A DNA stretch of 64,000 bases from an uncultured SAR86 cluster bacterium (GCA_902517505.1 CABYCL010000001.1:3038-67037), one strand, 5' to 3'. Shown: positions 1 through 8,173, counted from the first letter of the stretch. Numbers and translations are program-made. Notes: a model not told the origin generated them from the sequence alone.

Positions 1-1
1 A

Positions 2-298
2 AATGTATCTGGAAAGACAAGATACCCTGTTGGCATTTCACCAATTATTGATCCTGTAACAGGTGAAGTACCAATAGATAGTAAAGGTAGAAGATCATAC
101 ACAACGGGTATGTCTTATTGCCCATCTCTTAAGAAATTTGTAGTTATGGGCTATCTACCTAAAGACATTGCTGTTCAAGGAAAGTCACTTCTAATCGAAT
201 ACTTTAATGAAGATGGTGATGGTTTGTATCCTATGACTGTTCAAATAGTTGGCAAAGGATCTCTTTATGATCCTACCAATGAAAGAGTTCGTGCTTAA
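2..298 (+). CDS. 3' end (partial) of GcvT-family aminomethyltransferase / dimethylglycine or sarcosine dehydrogenase-like protein
   Basis: Frame is open from the window edge (NVSGKTRYPVG...GRRSYTTGMSYCPSL...SLYDPTNERVRA). The C-terminal YDP..ERVR and the 'G Y.P' pattern are typical of the GcvT C-terminal barrel. Confidence 0.75.
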   Translation, partial: NVSGKTRYPVGISPIIDPVTGEVPIDSKGRRSYTTGMSYCPSLKKFVVMGYLPKDIAVQGKSLLIEYFNEDGDGLYPMTVQIVGKGSLYDPTNERVRA

Positions 299-311
299 CT
301 AATTAGACTTA

Positions 312-340
312 ATGACAACAGTTGTAAACTTGCCTATAAT
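312..340 (+). promoter_or_regulatory. sigma70 promoter of tRNA-Phe
   Basis: ATGACA (312-317), 17-bp spacer, TATAAT (335-340), 16 nt upstream of the tRNA. Confidence 0.7.
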
Positions 341-356
341 CCAAAGTTCAATTTAA

Positions 357-432
357 GCCCAGATAGCTCAGTTGGTAGAGCAAAGGACTGAAAATCCTTG
401 TGTCGGTGGTTCGATCCCACCTCTGGGCACCA
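357..432 (+). tRNA. tRNA-Phe (GAA)
   Basis: 76 nt: GCCCAGA/TCTGGGC acceptor stem, D arm AGCTCAGTTGGTAGAGC, anticodon loop CTGAAAA, T arm GGTTCGATCC, encoded CCA. Confidence 0.98.
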
Positions 433-434
433 TT
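387..434 (+). repeat. att core, copy 1 (3' half of tRNA-Phe), 48-bp direct repeat
   Basis: ACTGAAAATCCTTGTGTCGGTGGTTCGATCCCACCTCTGGGCACCATT is identical to 1528-1575. Confidence 0.95.
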
Positions 435-462
435 CTTACAGGGTTTTTCAAGATTTAAGTTT

Positions 463-529
463 TAACACACATTAACACACTGCTTTCTTTGAGATTTAGT
501 GTGTTAGATTTAACACACTTTTTAACACA
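463..529. repeat. Array of TAACACA(C) motifs (4 direct, 1 inverted), candidate recombinase arm-type sites
   Basis: TAACACAC at 463, 473 and 511; TAACACA at 523; inverted GTGTGTTA at 499. AGTGTGTTA-gatt-TAACACACT (498-519) is a perfect inverted repeat. Confidence 0.75.
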
Positions 530-559
530 TCATAATTTTGGCATACTTATAAATCATAT

Positions 560-1516
560 ATGAAAATCCAATACATCCTATCATCAGTCCTTTTAGTTTT
601 GCCTTTATACATAACGGGCAATGTTGAGCAAGACTATAAAAAAGATGCTCTTTGTGTCGAGGTATTTACAGAAGGAATTGGTTGGACTCATACTTTTGGT
701 GAAGGTAGATGCCCTGCTGGTTCAAATAAAGATGAGTATTCTCAAAAATTAAAAAAAATTGATTCAATCGTAGAAGTTGGCAATAGTGCTCAACAAGCAG
801 TTGTTGCTATAGGAGAAGTTCTTCGACAAAAAAGAATTATCGATAGTCTAAATAAAAATCAAATTATAAATAAATTTAGATTTTCCACTATAAATGAAAA
901 CAATAAGAACAAAATGGGTGAAGATTTTTTTAAGTTGCTTACGAAAAGAAATACCAAACTATCAGTTGGTATTGGTGAAGTAATAGTTTTTATTACAGAA
1001 GGAAGTATCCAAGATTGTTACATACCAAAATTTGAAACAAACTATCCATACAAAAGTGGTAAATGGTTTATTTTAAGCAATCAACCTGTATGTAATATAC
1101 CTGGAGAAAATTTAAAATATTTTTATCCGTTTTATTCTAATGAAGAACAACCATCATATAACTCCATTCATCCAGTTACATTTGACTACAAAAAAAAGAA
1201 AGACCTGTACAAAATTTGTGTAAAGGTTTCACAAAAAATAGCATGTAAAGATAAGGCAAAATTAGATATAGATTTTGAAGATTCTCAAGGTTTTGTCTAC
1301 AACATACAATCTCCAAAAAGAATGGTGATTGTCTCAAAAATTGAAAATGACTTAATTGAAGTTGTTGAATCCTATTATGATGAAGATTTAAAAGATTACA
1401 TAGATGCTCCCAGAAAGATCAATATTAATGATGAGAAAATCTTTACATCTTTTGATCAAAAGATTGAATTTATAGAAATACAAAATAATCAATTAATATA
1501 CAAAATTATTGATTAG
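560..1516 (+). CDS. Hypothetical exported protein (island cargo)
   Basis: 318-aa ORF with N-terminal signal-peptide-like segment and six Cys. No catalytic motif recognised. Confidence 0.8.
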   Translation: MKIQYILSSVLLVLPLYITGNVEQDYKKDALCVEVFTEGIGWTHTFGEGRCPAGSNKDEYSQKLKKIDSIVEVGNSAQQAVVAIGEVLRQKRIIDSLNKNQIINKFRFSTINENNKNKMGEDFFKLLTKRNTKLSVGIGEVIVFITEGSIQDCYIPKFETNYPYKSGKWFILSNQPVCNIPGENLKYFYPFYSNEEQPSYNSIHPVTFDYKKKKDLYKICVKVSQKIACKDKAKLDIDFEDSQGFVYNIQSPKRMVIVSKIENDLIEVVESYYDEDLKDYIDAPRKININDEKIFTSFDQKIEFIEIQNNQLIYKIID

Positions 1517-1527
1517 TCGATAATGCC

Positions 1528-1575
1528 ACTGAAAATCCTTGTGTCGGTGGTTCGATCCCACCTCTGGGCACCATT
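1528..1575 (+). repeat. att core, copy 2 (partial tRNA-Phe 3' end)
   Basis: Identical to 387-434; lacks the tRNA 5' half. Confidence 0.95.
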
Positions 1576-1659
1576 AATAATCATTTAATCTAAAACTAAT
1601 TATCAATAGAGTACTATAATCATTTATTAGATTTTTAAAATATTGTATATTAGATAATT

Positions 1660-2139
1660 ATGAAATTAATATACCTATTAAACTTTCTCATTTCAGCAAA
1701 TATATATGCTGGTGTATTATTAAATGAAATATTAGTGGATGAATTTACTGATGAAGAATCTGTTGCATTAACCTTTACTGCAGATGAGGATTTTGAAGTT
1801 TTCCGAAAATGGGGTCAAATAGTTTGTAATGAAGGTTCTTTATTGCTGGGAATTGAAGATACAGATTCTTGGCATTTCGAAGATTACATTAAAGTGAAGT
1901 TTAGGTTTGATAAAAATCAGCCATTTGAATATCAATTAAATTTTGATACAGATTCCTCATTTGCTTATACATATTCTGAGGAAATAATATTCACAGTTCT
2001 TGATGAATTAAAAGGCTCTCGAAGCTTTTTAATCCAGTTAGAAGATGCTGATGTTCCAATGAGATTTACTGATATTTATGATTCTGAAGGAAAAGTGAAT
2101 AAATTTTTAGAAACTCTCCTTACAAAGTCTGATTGCTAA
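1660..2139 (+). CDS. Hypothetical exported acidic protein
   Basis: 159 aa with signal peptide ending ...ANIYA; D/E-rich mature part. Confidence 0.75.
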   Translation: MKLIYLLNFLISANIYAGVLLNEILVDEFTDEESVALTFTADEDFEVFRKWGQIVCNEGSLLLGIEDTDSWHFEDYIKVKFRFDKNQPFEYQLNFDTDSSFAYTYSEEIIFTVLDELKGSRSFLIQLEDADVPMRFTDIYDSEGKVNKFLETLLTKSDC

Positions 2140-2170
2140 GAAGCTACTTAAAAAAAGTTACAATATATTC

Positions 2171-3148
2171 ATGATTTCAAATTTTCAAAAACCAATTGAT
2201 TCTGGATTTCATGCTAAATCAAACTCAAACGATATAGTTCAAAACATTGATCTAGTTGGAAAAAAAGCAATTATAACTGGAGGTTATTCTGGAATTGGTT
2301 TGGAGACAACGAAAAGTTTGGTTGATGTAGGAGCTGAGGTTTTTATTCCAGCAAAAAGAACAGATGAAGCATCTTCAAATCTTGAGGGAATTGTTCCAAA
2401 AGATCATATTATTAAAATGGATTTAAGTGATCTTAATTCAGTTAAGTCTTTTGCAGATTCTTTTAAAGAATCAAATAATAAACTTGATTTACTCATTAAT
2501 AACGCAGGTATTATGGCTTGTCCTGAGACAAGAATTGGGAAAAACTGGGAGAGTCAATTTGCGGTAAATCATGTTGGTCATTTTTTATTAACTAAAGAAT
2601 TAATGCATTTGATGTCGAATGTTGAGGGAGCAAGATTTATTAGCTTATCATCTTCTGCACACTCTCTAACGCCAATTCTTTGGGATGATATTCATTTTGA
2701 AAATAATGCTTATGATAAATGGATGGCGTATGGACAATCAAAAACAGCTTCTTCCCTTATTGCTATAGAATTTAACAATAGAATGAAAGATAAAGGAGTA
2801 AAAGGATTTTCAGTTCATCCCGGTGGGATTATGACACCTCTTCAACGTCATCTTGAAAATCAAGAAATGGTTGCATTGGGATGGTTAAAAGAGGATGGAA
2901 GTCCTTCAGATCTTGCAAAGAATTTTTTTAAAACTACAAGCCAAGGTGCTGCAACAACTCTATGGTGTGCAACCAGTCCAAAATTAAATGATATTGGTGG
3001 AGTATTTTGTGAAGACTGTGATATAGCTAAAAGAAAGAATGATGTTGACGAATCTCTTCAAAGATATTTTGGCGTAGCAGATTGGGCAGTTGACTCAGAT
3101 GAGGCCTCAAAATTATGGGAAGTCACTGAAACAATGCTTTCATCGTGA
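2171..3148 (+). CDS. Short-chain dehydrogenase/reductase (retinol dehydrogenase/WWOX-like)
   Basis: TGGYSGIG, NNAGIMA, YGQSK catalytic YxxxK, VHPG. Confidence 0.92.
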   Translation: MISNFQKPIDSGFHAKSNSNDIVQNIDLVGKKAIITGGYSGIGLETTKSLVDVGAEVFIPAKRTDEASSNLEGIVPKDHIIKMDLSDLNSVKSFADSFKESNNKLDLLINNAGIMACPETRIGKNWESQFAVNHVGHFLLTKELMHLMSNVEGARFISLSSSAHSLTPILWDDIHFENNAYDKWMAYGQSKTASSLIAIEFNNRMKDKGVKGFSVHPGGIMTPLQRHLENQEMVALGWLKEDGSPSDLAKNFFKTTSQGAATTLWCATSPKLNDIGGVFCEDCDIAKRKNDVDESLQRYFGVADWAVDSDEASKLWEVTETMLSS

Positions 3149-4107
3149 AAAATTTTTTTATTTTATATGAAAATATTGAGCCCTACTCCTCAGGTTATTT
3201 AGAAATAGATAAGCATAAAATTTATTACGAGGAATGCGGTAATCCAAATGGCAAACCAGCAGTATTTCTTCATGGTGGTCCCGGTGGTGGTGGTAGTACT
3301 AGAGTAAGAGGCTTTTTCAATCCTGAGCTATATAGAATTATTATATTTGATCAACGTGGTTGTGGCAGAAGTAAGCCTCATGCATGTATAGAAAATAATA
3401 CAACTTGGGATTTAGTAGATGATATTGAGAGGCTTAAAGAAAAACTAGGAATCAAAAAATGGCTTGTTTTTGGTGGATCTTGGGGAAGTACACTTTCACT
3501 GGCTTACGCTCAAACATATCCTAACTCGGTTTCAGAACTAGTTCTTAGGGGTATCTTTATGTTGAGAGATAAAGAACTAAAGTGGTTTTACCAAGATGGA
3601 GCTAGCAGAATATTTCCAGAAGCTTGGGAGGGATTTTTAAAACCTATTAAAGAAGAAGATAGAAATAATTTAATGGATGCATACTATAAAATTTTTACGG
3701 GAGATGATGATAAAAAGAAAATGGAAGCTGCAGTAGCTTGGTCTAAATGGGAAGGCTCTGTAAGTACACTAAGTCATAAGCCTGATATGGTTTCATCTTA
3801 CTCTGAATCTAAATTTGCTCTAGCTTTTGCACTTATTGAAAATCATTACTTTGTTAATAAAGGTTTTCTTGATAATGAAGACCAGCTCATTTCATCATCT
3901 TCTATTGATAAAATTCGTCATATACCAGCTAAAATAATACAAGGTAGATATGATATTGTTTGCCCTATGGAAACTGCATGGGAATTATCAAAAAATTTGC
4001 CAGAAGCACAATTAATAATTGCGCCCTCTTCAGGACATAGTGCTTTTGAAAAAGAAATTACCCATGAACTTATCAAGGCTACAGAGGAGTTTGCTAAAAA
4101 TGAATAA
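3145..4107 (+). CDS. pip: Proline iminopeptidase
   Basis: LHGGPGGG, FDQRGCG, GGSWG nucleophile, GRYD, SGH triad. Confidence 0.95.
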   Translation: MKNFFILYENIEPYSSGYLEIDKHKIYYEECGNPNGKPAVFLHGGPGGGGSTRVRGFFNPELYRIIIFDQRGCGRSKPHACIENNTTWDLVDDIERLKEKLGIKKWLVFGGSWGSTLSLAYAQTYPNSVSELVLRGIFMLRDKELKWFYQDGASRIFPEAWEGFLKPIKEEDRNNLMDAYYKIFTGDDDKKKMEAAVAWSKWEGSVSTLSHKPDMVSSYSESKFALAFALIENHYFVNKGFLDNEDQLISSSSIDKIRHIPAKIIQGRYDIVCPMETAWELSKNLPEAQLIIAPSSGHSAFEKEITHELIKATEEFAKNE

Positions 4108-4597
4108 TATTAGTTTTATTGGCATGGCCGGATGTGGTAAATCAACACTAGGCAATGCTATTTCAAAAGAAATGAATTTAAGTTTTCAAGATACAGATCA
4201 TCTCATTGAAGAAAAATTTAATATGTCACTAGAGGATATTAAAAACAAATTTGGATACGAATTTGTAAGGTCAGCTGAAGAAGAAGTAATTCTTAGCCTA
4301 AATGAATCAACTAAAATAATATCAACAGGTGGAAGTGCCATATATTCAGAAATTGCAATGAATCATCTTAAGTCTTTTTCAAAAATAATTTATATTGATA
4401 CTCCTCTTGAAACAATAATTGAAAGAATTGATGTTGGACAAGAAAGAGGTCTTGCTGTGCCTGATGGTATATCAGTTTCAGATGTATACCTTGAAAGGAA
4501 GCCGCTTTATGAAAAATTCTTTCAATTCACATTAGACGGATCAAAATCAATTCAACAGCTTGTGATTGAAGTTGCAAAAATATATTTTGATAAGTAA
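4100..4597 (+). CDS. Shikimate-kinase-like P-loop kinase (atypical AroK family)
   Basis: Start re-assigned to the ATG at 4100, overlapping the pip 3' end. Motifs GMAGCGKST, DTD, ISTGGS, ER.PLY. Confidence 0.8.
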   Translation: MNNISFIGMAGCGKSTLGNAISKEMNLSFQDTDHLIEEKFNMSLEDIKNKFGYEFVRSAEEEVILSLNESTKIISTGGSAIYSEIAMNHLKSFSKIIYIDTPLETIIERIDVGQERGLAVPDGISVSDVYLERKPLYEKFFQFTLDGSKSIQQLVIEVAKIYFDK

Positions 4598-4600
4598 AAG

Positions 4601-5254
4601 ATGTATTTATTAGCTGGATCAACTGGATTTTTAGGCAATGAGATTCTCAAAATCCTTGGCAAAAAAGATATATCTACTATTGCCCTTGCAAGAAGAACTA
4701 TACCTAATTTGCCTCATAATGCTAAAGAGCTAATTATTGACTTTAATGATATAAGAAGTATCAATCTTCCAAGCATAGATGATGTATATCTCTCACTTGG
4801 CTATCCTTTGTACTACCAAAATGTAATGGGTTTTATGAGTTCCGCTCTTAAAAAAAAATTTTTTGAAGTAGATTTTATATATCAGATGGAAATAGCAAAG
4901 AAAGCTAAAGAGATAGGTGCCAAAAGCATCTCACTTATTTCAGCAGTAGGCGCTGATTCAAATTCTTGGAACTATTATCTAAAAACTAAAGGAATACTTG
5001 AAGAAGAAATAATTAATCTAGAATTTGATAGCACAAATATATTTCGGCCTGGGCATCTTATGGGAAACAAAAATAGGCTCGACATAGTTTTAGCTGATAT
5101 GGTATCTATAACTATAGACCCTTTTTTGCATAGATCTTTTGAAAAATTTAGAAGTATTTCTGTAAAAAAACTTTCTAAATCAGTTGTAAATAAATCAATG
5201 GATTCCAAACCAGGAATACATACATATGAATACAAAGATTTTAAAAATTCCTAG
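4601..5254 (+). CDS. NAD(P)-binding atypical SDR (YraR/TIP30-like)
   Basis: AGSTGFLG, VDF, SAVGA, YLKTKG, FRPG. Confidence 0.85.
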   Translation: MYLLAGSTGFLGNEILKILGKKDISTIALARRTIPNLPHNAKELIIDFNDIRSINLPSIDDVYLSLGYPLYYQNVMGFMSSALKKKFFEVDFIYQMEIAKKAKEIGAKSISLISAVGADSNSWNYYLKTKGILEEEIINLEFDSTNIFRPGHLMGNKNRLDIVLADMVSITIDPFLHRSFEKFRSISVKKLSKSVVNKSMDSKPGIHTYEYKDFKNS

Positions 5255-5513
5255 CTTCCTTTTTTTTAGCTTTTATTATTTTTTTTATTCCATTACCAGC
5301 ATTAAGAAGCCAAAACGCATTTGCAAAAACAAAATAGTATAAGCCTAAATATAGTTGGACAATTATTGCAAAAGAACTGCCGGCAATAACTGCAGACAGC
5401 CCAATCATTCTTTTTTTTGCTTTCTTTGAAACAACAAGAGGCGCGGCTATCAGAGTACCGAAAATAACACTTAATAATTGAATTAAATCTAGCATACCCA
5501 TACTAATAAACAC
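5241..5513 (-). CDS. Small hypothetical membrane protein (start uncertain)
   Basis: About 3 hydrophobic segments and a basic C-terminus; fills the gap between flanking genes. Confidence 0.65.
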   Translation of the reverse strand: MFISMGMLDLIQLLSVIFGTLIAAPLVVSKKAKKRMIGLSAVIAGSSFAIIVQLYLGLYYFVFANAFWLLNAGNGIKKIIKAKKKEARNF

Positions 5514-5585
5514 TCAGAATATGCTCATTAGTATGAATATTGGCGCGTATTATGAATACTTAAAATTAAAAGTAAAGATATTTTT

Positions 5586-5614
5586 GGAACTTTTATAAAA
5601 AAAATGTAACCTAA
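5586..5614 (+). promoter_or_regulatory. Possible RpoE/ECF-type promoter
   Basis: GGAACTT-N16-ACCTAA versus the sigmaE consensus GGAACTT-N16-GTCwAA. Confidence 0.35.
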
Positions 5615-5643
5615 TATATATCAACAAATATAACGAGATAATT

Positions 5644-6012
5644 ATGAAAAATTTTACAATGATATTAAGTTTTTTTCTTTGCTTTACCCTTGTCGCAGAC
5701 GATCATATAGACAAGAAAAAAACTATGAAGGATGAGTTCATGAACAATCCAAACTATCTTATGGATTTTAAAACATGCAAAGAAATTAAAGATGGAATCT
5801 TTGGAATGCTCTCTTTAGGCGACTCAGTTTGGAAAGAAATTGAACTGAATCCTGAGAATGAAGAAAAATGGCTTGAGGTTAGTGTTTTAGCAGATATGGC
5901 TGCAAACTATTCGACAGTTTATAACGTTTGGTGTAAAGATATGATAAATCATAGAATGAAAATGAGAAGAATGTCTGAAAAAAAGAATGGTAAAACAAAA
6001 AAAGATAATTAA
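5644..6012 (+). CDS. Hypothetical exported helical protein
   Basis: Signal peptide ending ...TLVA-DDH; two Cys in the mature part. Confidence 0.75.
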   Translation: MKNFTMILSFFLCFTLVADDHIDKKKTMKDEFMNNPNYLMDFKTCKEIKDGIFGMLSLGDSVWKEIELNPENEEKWLEVSVLADMAANYSTVYNVWCKDMINHRMKMRRMSEKKNGKTKKDN

Positions 6013-6233
6013 AATTTGCCTCTTTGGAACCTCATTCTAATTGCATAGACCCTTATTAAAGCCACTACAGTAATAATAAGCTGAATGAAAACTGATATTT
6101 TAAGTGGGTCAGACCACTGCCAATTATTAATTGTTAACCATAAAAGATAAGTTTGTAATGGAAAGTTAATTACAGCCCCCATTAAAACCACAATTACTGC
6201 TTCTCTTAAAGCAACTTTTTCTGTTTTATTCAT
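6009..6233 (-). CDS. Small two-TM hypothetical membrane protein
   Basis: 74 aa with two hydrophobic helices, directly downstream of the YbjQ-family gene. Confidence 0.7.
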   Translation of the reverse strand: MNKTEKVALREAVIVVLMGAVINFPLQTYLLWLTINNWQWSDPLKISVFIQLIITVVALIRVYAIRMRFQRGKF

Positions 6234-6241
6234 ATTATTTC

Positions 6242-6568
6242 CTATTTAATTTTTACAGCAGTTCCATATGCCAAAATCTCTGCTGCTCCTTGAGCAACGG
6301 TTGAGGTTTGAAATCGAAATCCTAAGATTGCGTTTGCCCCTTTTGATTGAGCATCTTCTAGCATCCTAACATATGCTTGATCTCTTGAAGTTTTTAAGAG
6401 CTTAGAATATCCAACCAATTCTCCACCTATAATATTTTTAAGAAAGGCAAACATATCGGATCCAACATTTCTTGACCTTACAGTACTGCCCTGCACAAGA
6501 CCTATATGTTCTAGTATCTCAACATTTGCTATATCGTATGTCGTAACAACTTTAATATCTTCATTCAT
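6242..6568 (-). CDS. YbjQ/UPF0145 family protein
   Basis: GLVQGSTVRSRNVGSD...GGEL.GY...AYGTAV signature. Confidence 0.93.
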   Translation of the reverse strand: MNEDIKVVTTYDIANVEILEHIGLVQGSTVRSRNVGSDMFAFLKNIIGGELVGYSKLLKTSRDQAYVRMLEDAQSKGANAILGFRFQTSTVAQGAAEILAYGTAVKIK

Positions 6569-6604
6569 GACATTTTCCTAATAATGGTTTAAGTTATAAA
6601 TATA

Positions 6605-6937
6605 ATGCAAGAATTAGTAGAAGCAAAGTTCTCAATTGGAAATATTGTAAAACACAAATTTCTAGATTTTCGCGGTGTTGTATTTGATTTAGATCCATCG
6701 TTTAACAATACCGAAGAATGGTATAACGCAATCCCAGAAGATTTTAGACCACGAAAGGATCAACCTTTCTATCATGTCTTTGCTGAAAATAAAGAAATTT
6801 TTTATATAGCTTACGTTTCTGAACAAAATCTACTTGATGACTTGGAAGGTGGTCCAGCAAATCATCCAGATATTAAAAAGATTTTTTCTCACTTTGATGG
6901 AAAGTGCTATATTCCCCATAATGTCGCAACAAATTAG
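6605..6937 (+). CDS. hspQ: Heat shock protein HspQ (YccV-like)
   Basis: AKFSIG.IVKH...RGV.FD.DP, QPFYH, AYVSEQNL. Confidence 0.92.
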   Translation: MQELVEAKFSIGNIVKHKFLDFRGVVFDLDPSFNNTEEWYNAIPEDFRPRKDQPFYHVFAENKEIFYIAYVSEQNLLDDLEGGPANHPDIKKIFSHFDGKCYIPHNVATN

Positions 6938-8145
6938 ATTTCTATTCCAAAATGGGCCATCTCAACAGAAGTTGTAAATACATTCATAGCATCAGCTAAC
7001 TCATCTTTTGTTACATATGTCGGAGCAATTCTAATAACGCTATCATTAGGATCATAATTTTTAGGAAATGTTGATCCAGCAGGTGTTATTAAAACCCCCA
7101 TTTCTTTACACAACTCAACAACTTTTGTGGCTATAGGCTTTGAGGTTGAATAAGTAATAAAGTATCCACCAGTAGGTCTTGAAAAAGTTCCACACTCCTC
7201 AGGTAATTTTTCTAAATATTCATATGCTAATTCAAATTTAGGTCTAATTAATTTAGCATGTTTTTGCATATGTGATTTAACTGTTGCGGCATCTTTAAAA
7301 AACTCTACATGTCTTTTTTGATTTAATTTATCAGGACATATAATCATTGTTGTTCTTACTTTTTTAATTAAATCCATTGAATGTCCTGATGTCGCCATAA
7401 ATGAAATACTACCTCCACCAAATGTTACTTTTGAAAAAGAAGTTGTTACTACAGTTTGATCTTGCACATTAGACTCCTCAACAACTTGCCATAAGGGTTT
7501 TTGTTCAGGAGTAGGCAAAAAATCATGAATTAGATAGGCATGATCAAAAAGGAATAAGAATTTATTAGAATAATTAGACCCTATTTCGAACATTCTTTGA
7601 AGATTGTCATCAGAATATATTTCTCCCGATGGATTAGAGTGTTTTGGAACACATAAAATTCCAACAAAGTCTTCGTCATCTTTTAGGGCTTCTTCAAAGG
7701 CGAGTAAATCTATTCCATCTTCTTTAAGAGGAATTGGTACTGCTTCTATGCCAAAGTCATCAAGCATCATAAAATGCCTATCGAACCCAGGAACTGGACA
7801 AACAAATTTAGGATTTTTTATATCTTTCCAGGGTATTGGGTCTGCAAAAAGATAATTTGAAAGAACTGTTTGATAGGCAAGCAATAAACTGGACTGCTCT
7901 CCTGCTAAGATATTTTCAATAGGAGCATTAAGTAATTCGGACCCTAATCTTCTTGCCTCTATAATTCCAAAAGGTTCTCCATAATTCCTTAAATCTATTC
8001 CATCTTCAGATGATATTGGTATTGAAAGATCTATTAAGTCATTTGATAGGTCTAATTGTTCTTTATCTGGTTTACCTCTTGTAATATCTATTGATAATTG
8101 CTTCTCTTTAAGAGAATCAAACCTTGCTATAATTTCTTGGTGCAT
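6934..8145 (-). CDS. PLP-dependent aminotransferase, class Ic aspartate aminotransferase-like (Rv3722c/AspT family)
   Basis: IDITRGKP, RNYG, PVPGFDRHF, VPKHSNPSG, DHAY, SFSK, IRIAPT. Confidence 0.85.
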   Translation of the reverse strand: MHQEIIARFDSLKEKQLSIDITRGKPDKEQLDLSNDLIDLSIPISSEDGIDLRNYGEPFGIIEARRLGSELLNAPIENILAGEQSSLLLAYQTVLSNYLFADPIPWKDIKNPKFVCPVPGFDRHFMMLDDFGIEAVPIPLKEDGIDLLAFEEALKDDEDFVGILCVPKHSNPSGEIYSDDNLQRMFEIGSNYSNKFLFLFDHAYLIHDFLPTPEQKPLWQVVEESNVQDQTVVTTSFSKVTFGGGSISFMATSGHSMDLIKKVRTTMIICPDKLNQKRHVEFFKDAATVKSHMQKHAKLIRPKFELAYEYLEKLPEECGTFSRPTGGYFITYSTSKPIATKVVELCKEMGVLITPAGSTFPKNYDPNDSVIRIAPTYVTKDELADAMNVFTTSVEMAHFGIEI

Positions 8146-8173
8146 AATATAAATGTCATTTTATACTAACATC

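Larger units (their letters stand above)
435..1575. mobile_element. Minimal single-gene genomic island/cassette integrated at tRNA-Phe, without an integrase
   Basis: Flanked by a perfect 48-bp duplication of the tRNA 3' end starting at the anticodon loop. Contains one orphan ORF and a repeat array. Confidence 0.8.

Noticed and set aside
463-529. Short repeat array considered as a CRISPR or mini-array
   Set aside because: Repeats are 7-9 bp with 2-18-bp gaps and mixed orientation, and there are no cas genes.
1528-1575. Second tRNA-Phe gene
   Set aside because: It lacks the 5' acceptor strand and D arm; it is an att duplication.
4019-4099. Extended N-termini given by the ORF track (also 11843, 28544, 31624, 35412, 35786, 40024, 58057, 63593)
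   Set aside because: They overlap neighbouring genes. Downstream starts give stop/start coupling, an SD or family-typical N-termini.
5514-5528. ATG-AGC-ATA-TTC-TGA in frame just before the 5513 ORF (possible readthrough or selenocysteine)
   Set aside because: No SECIS-like hairpin or redox motif; easily explained by chance.
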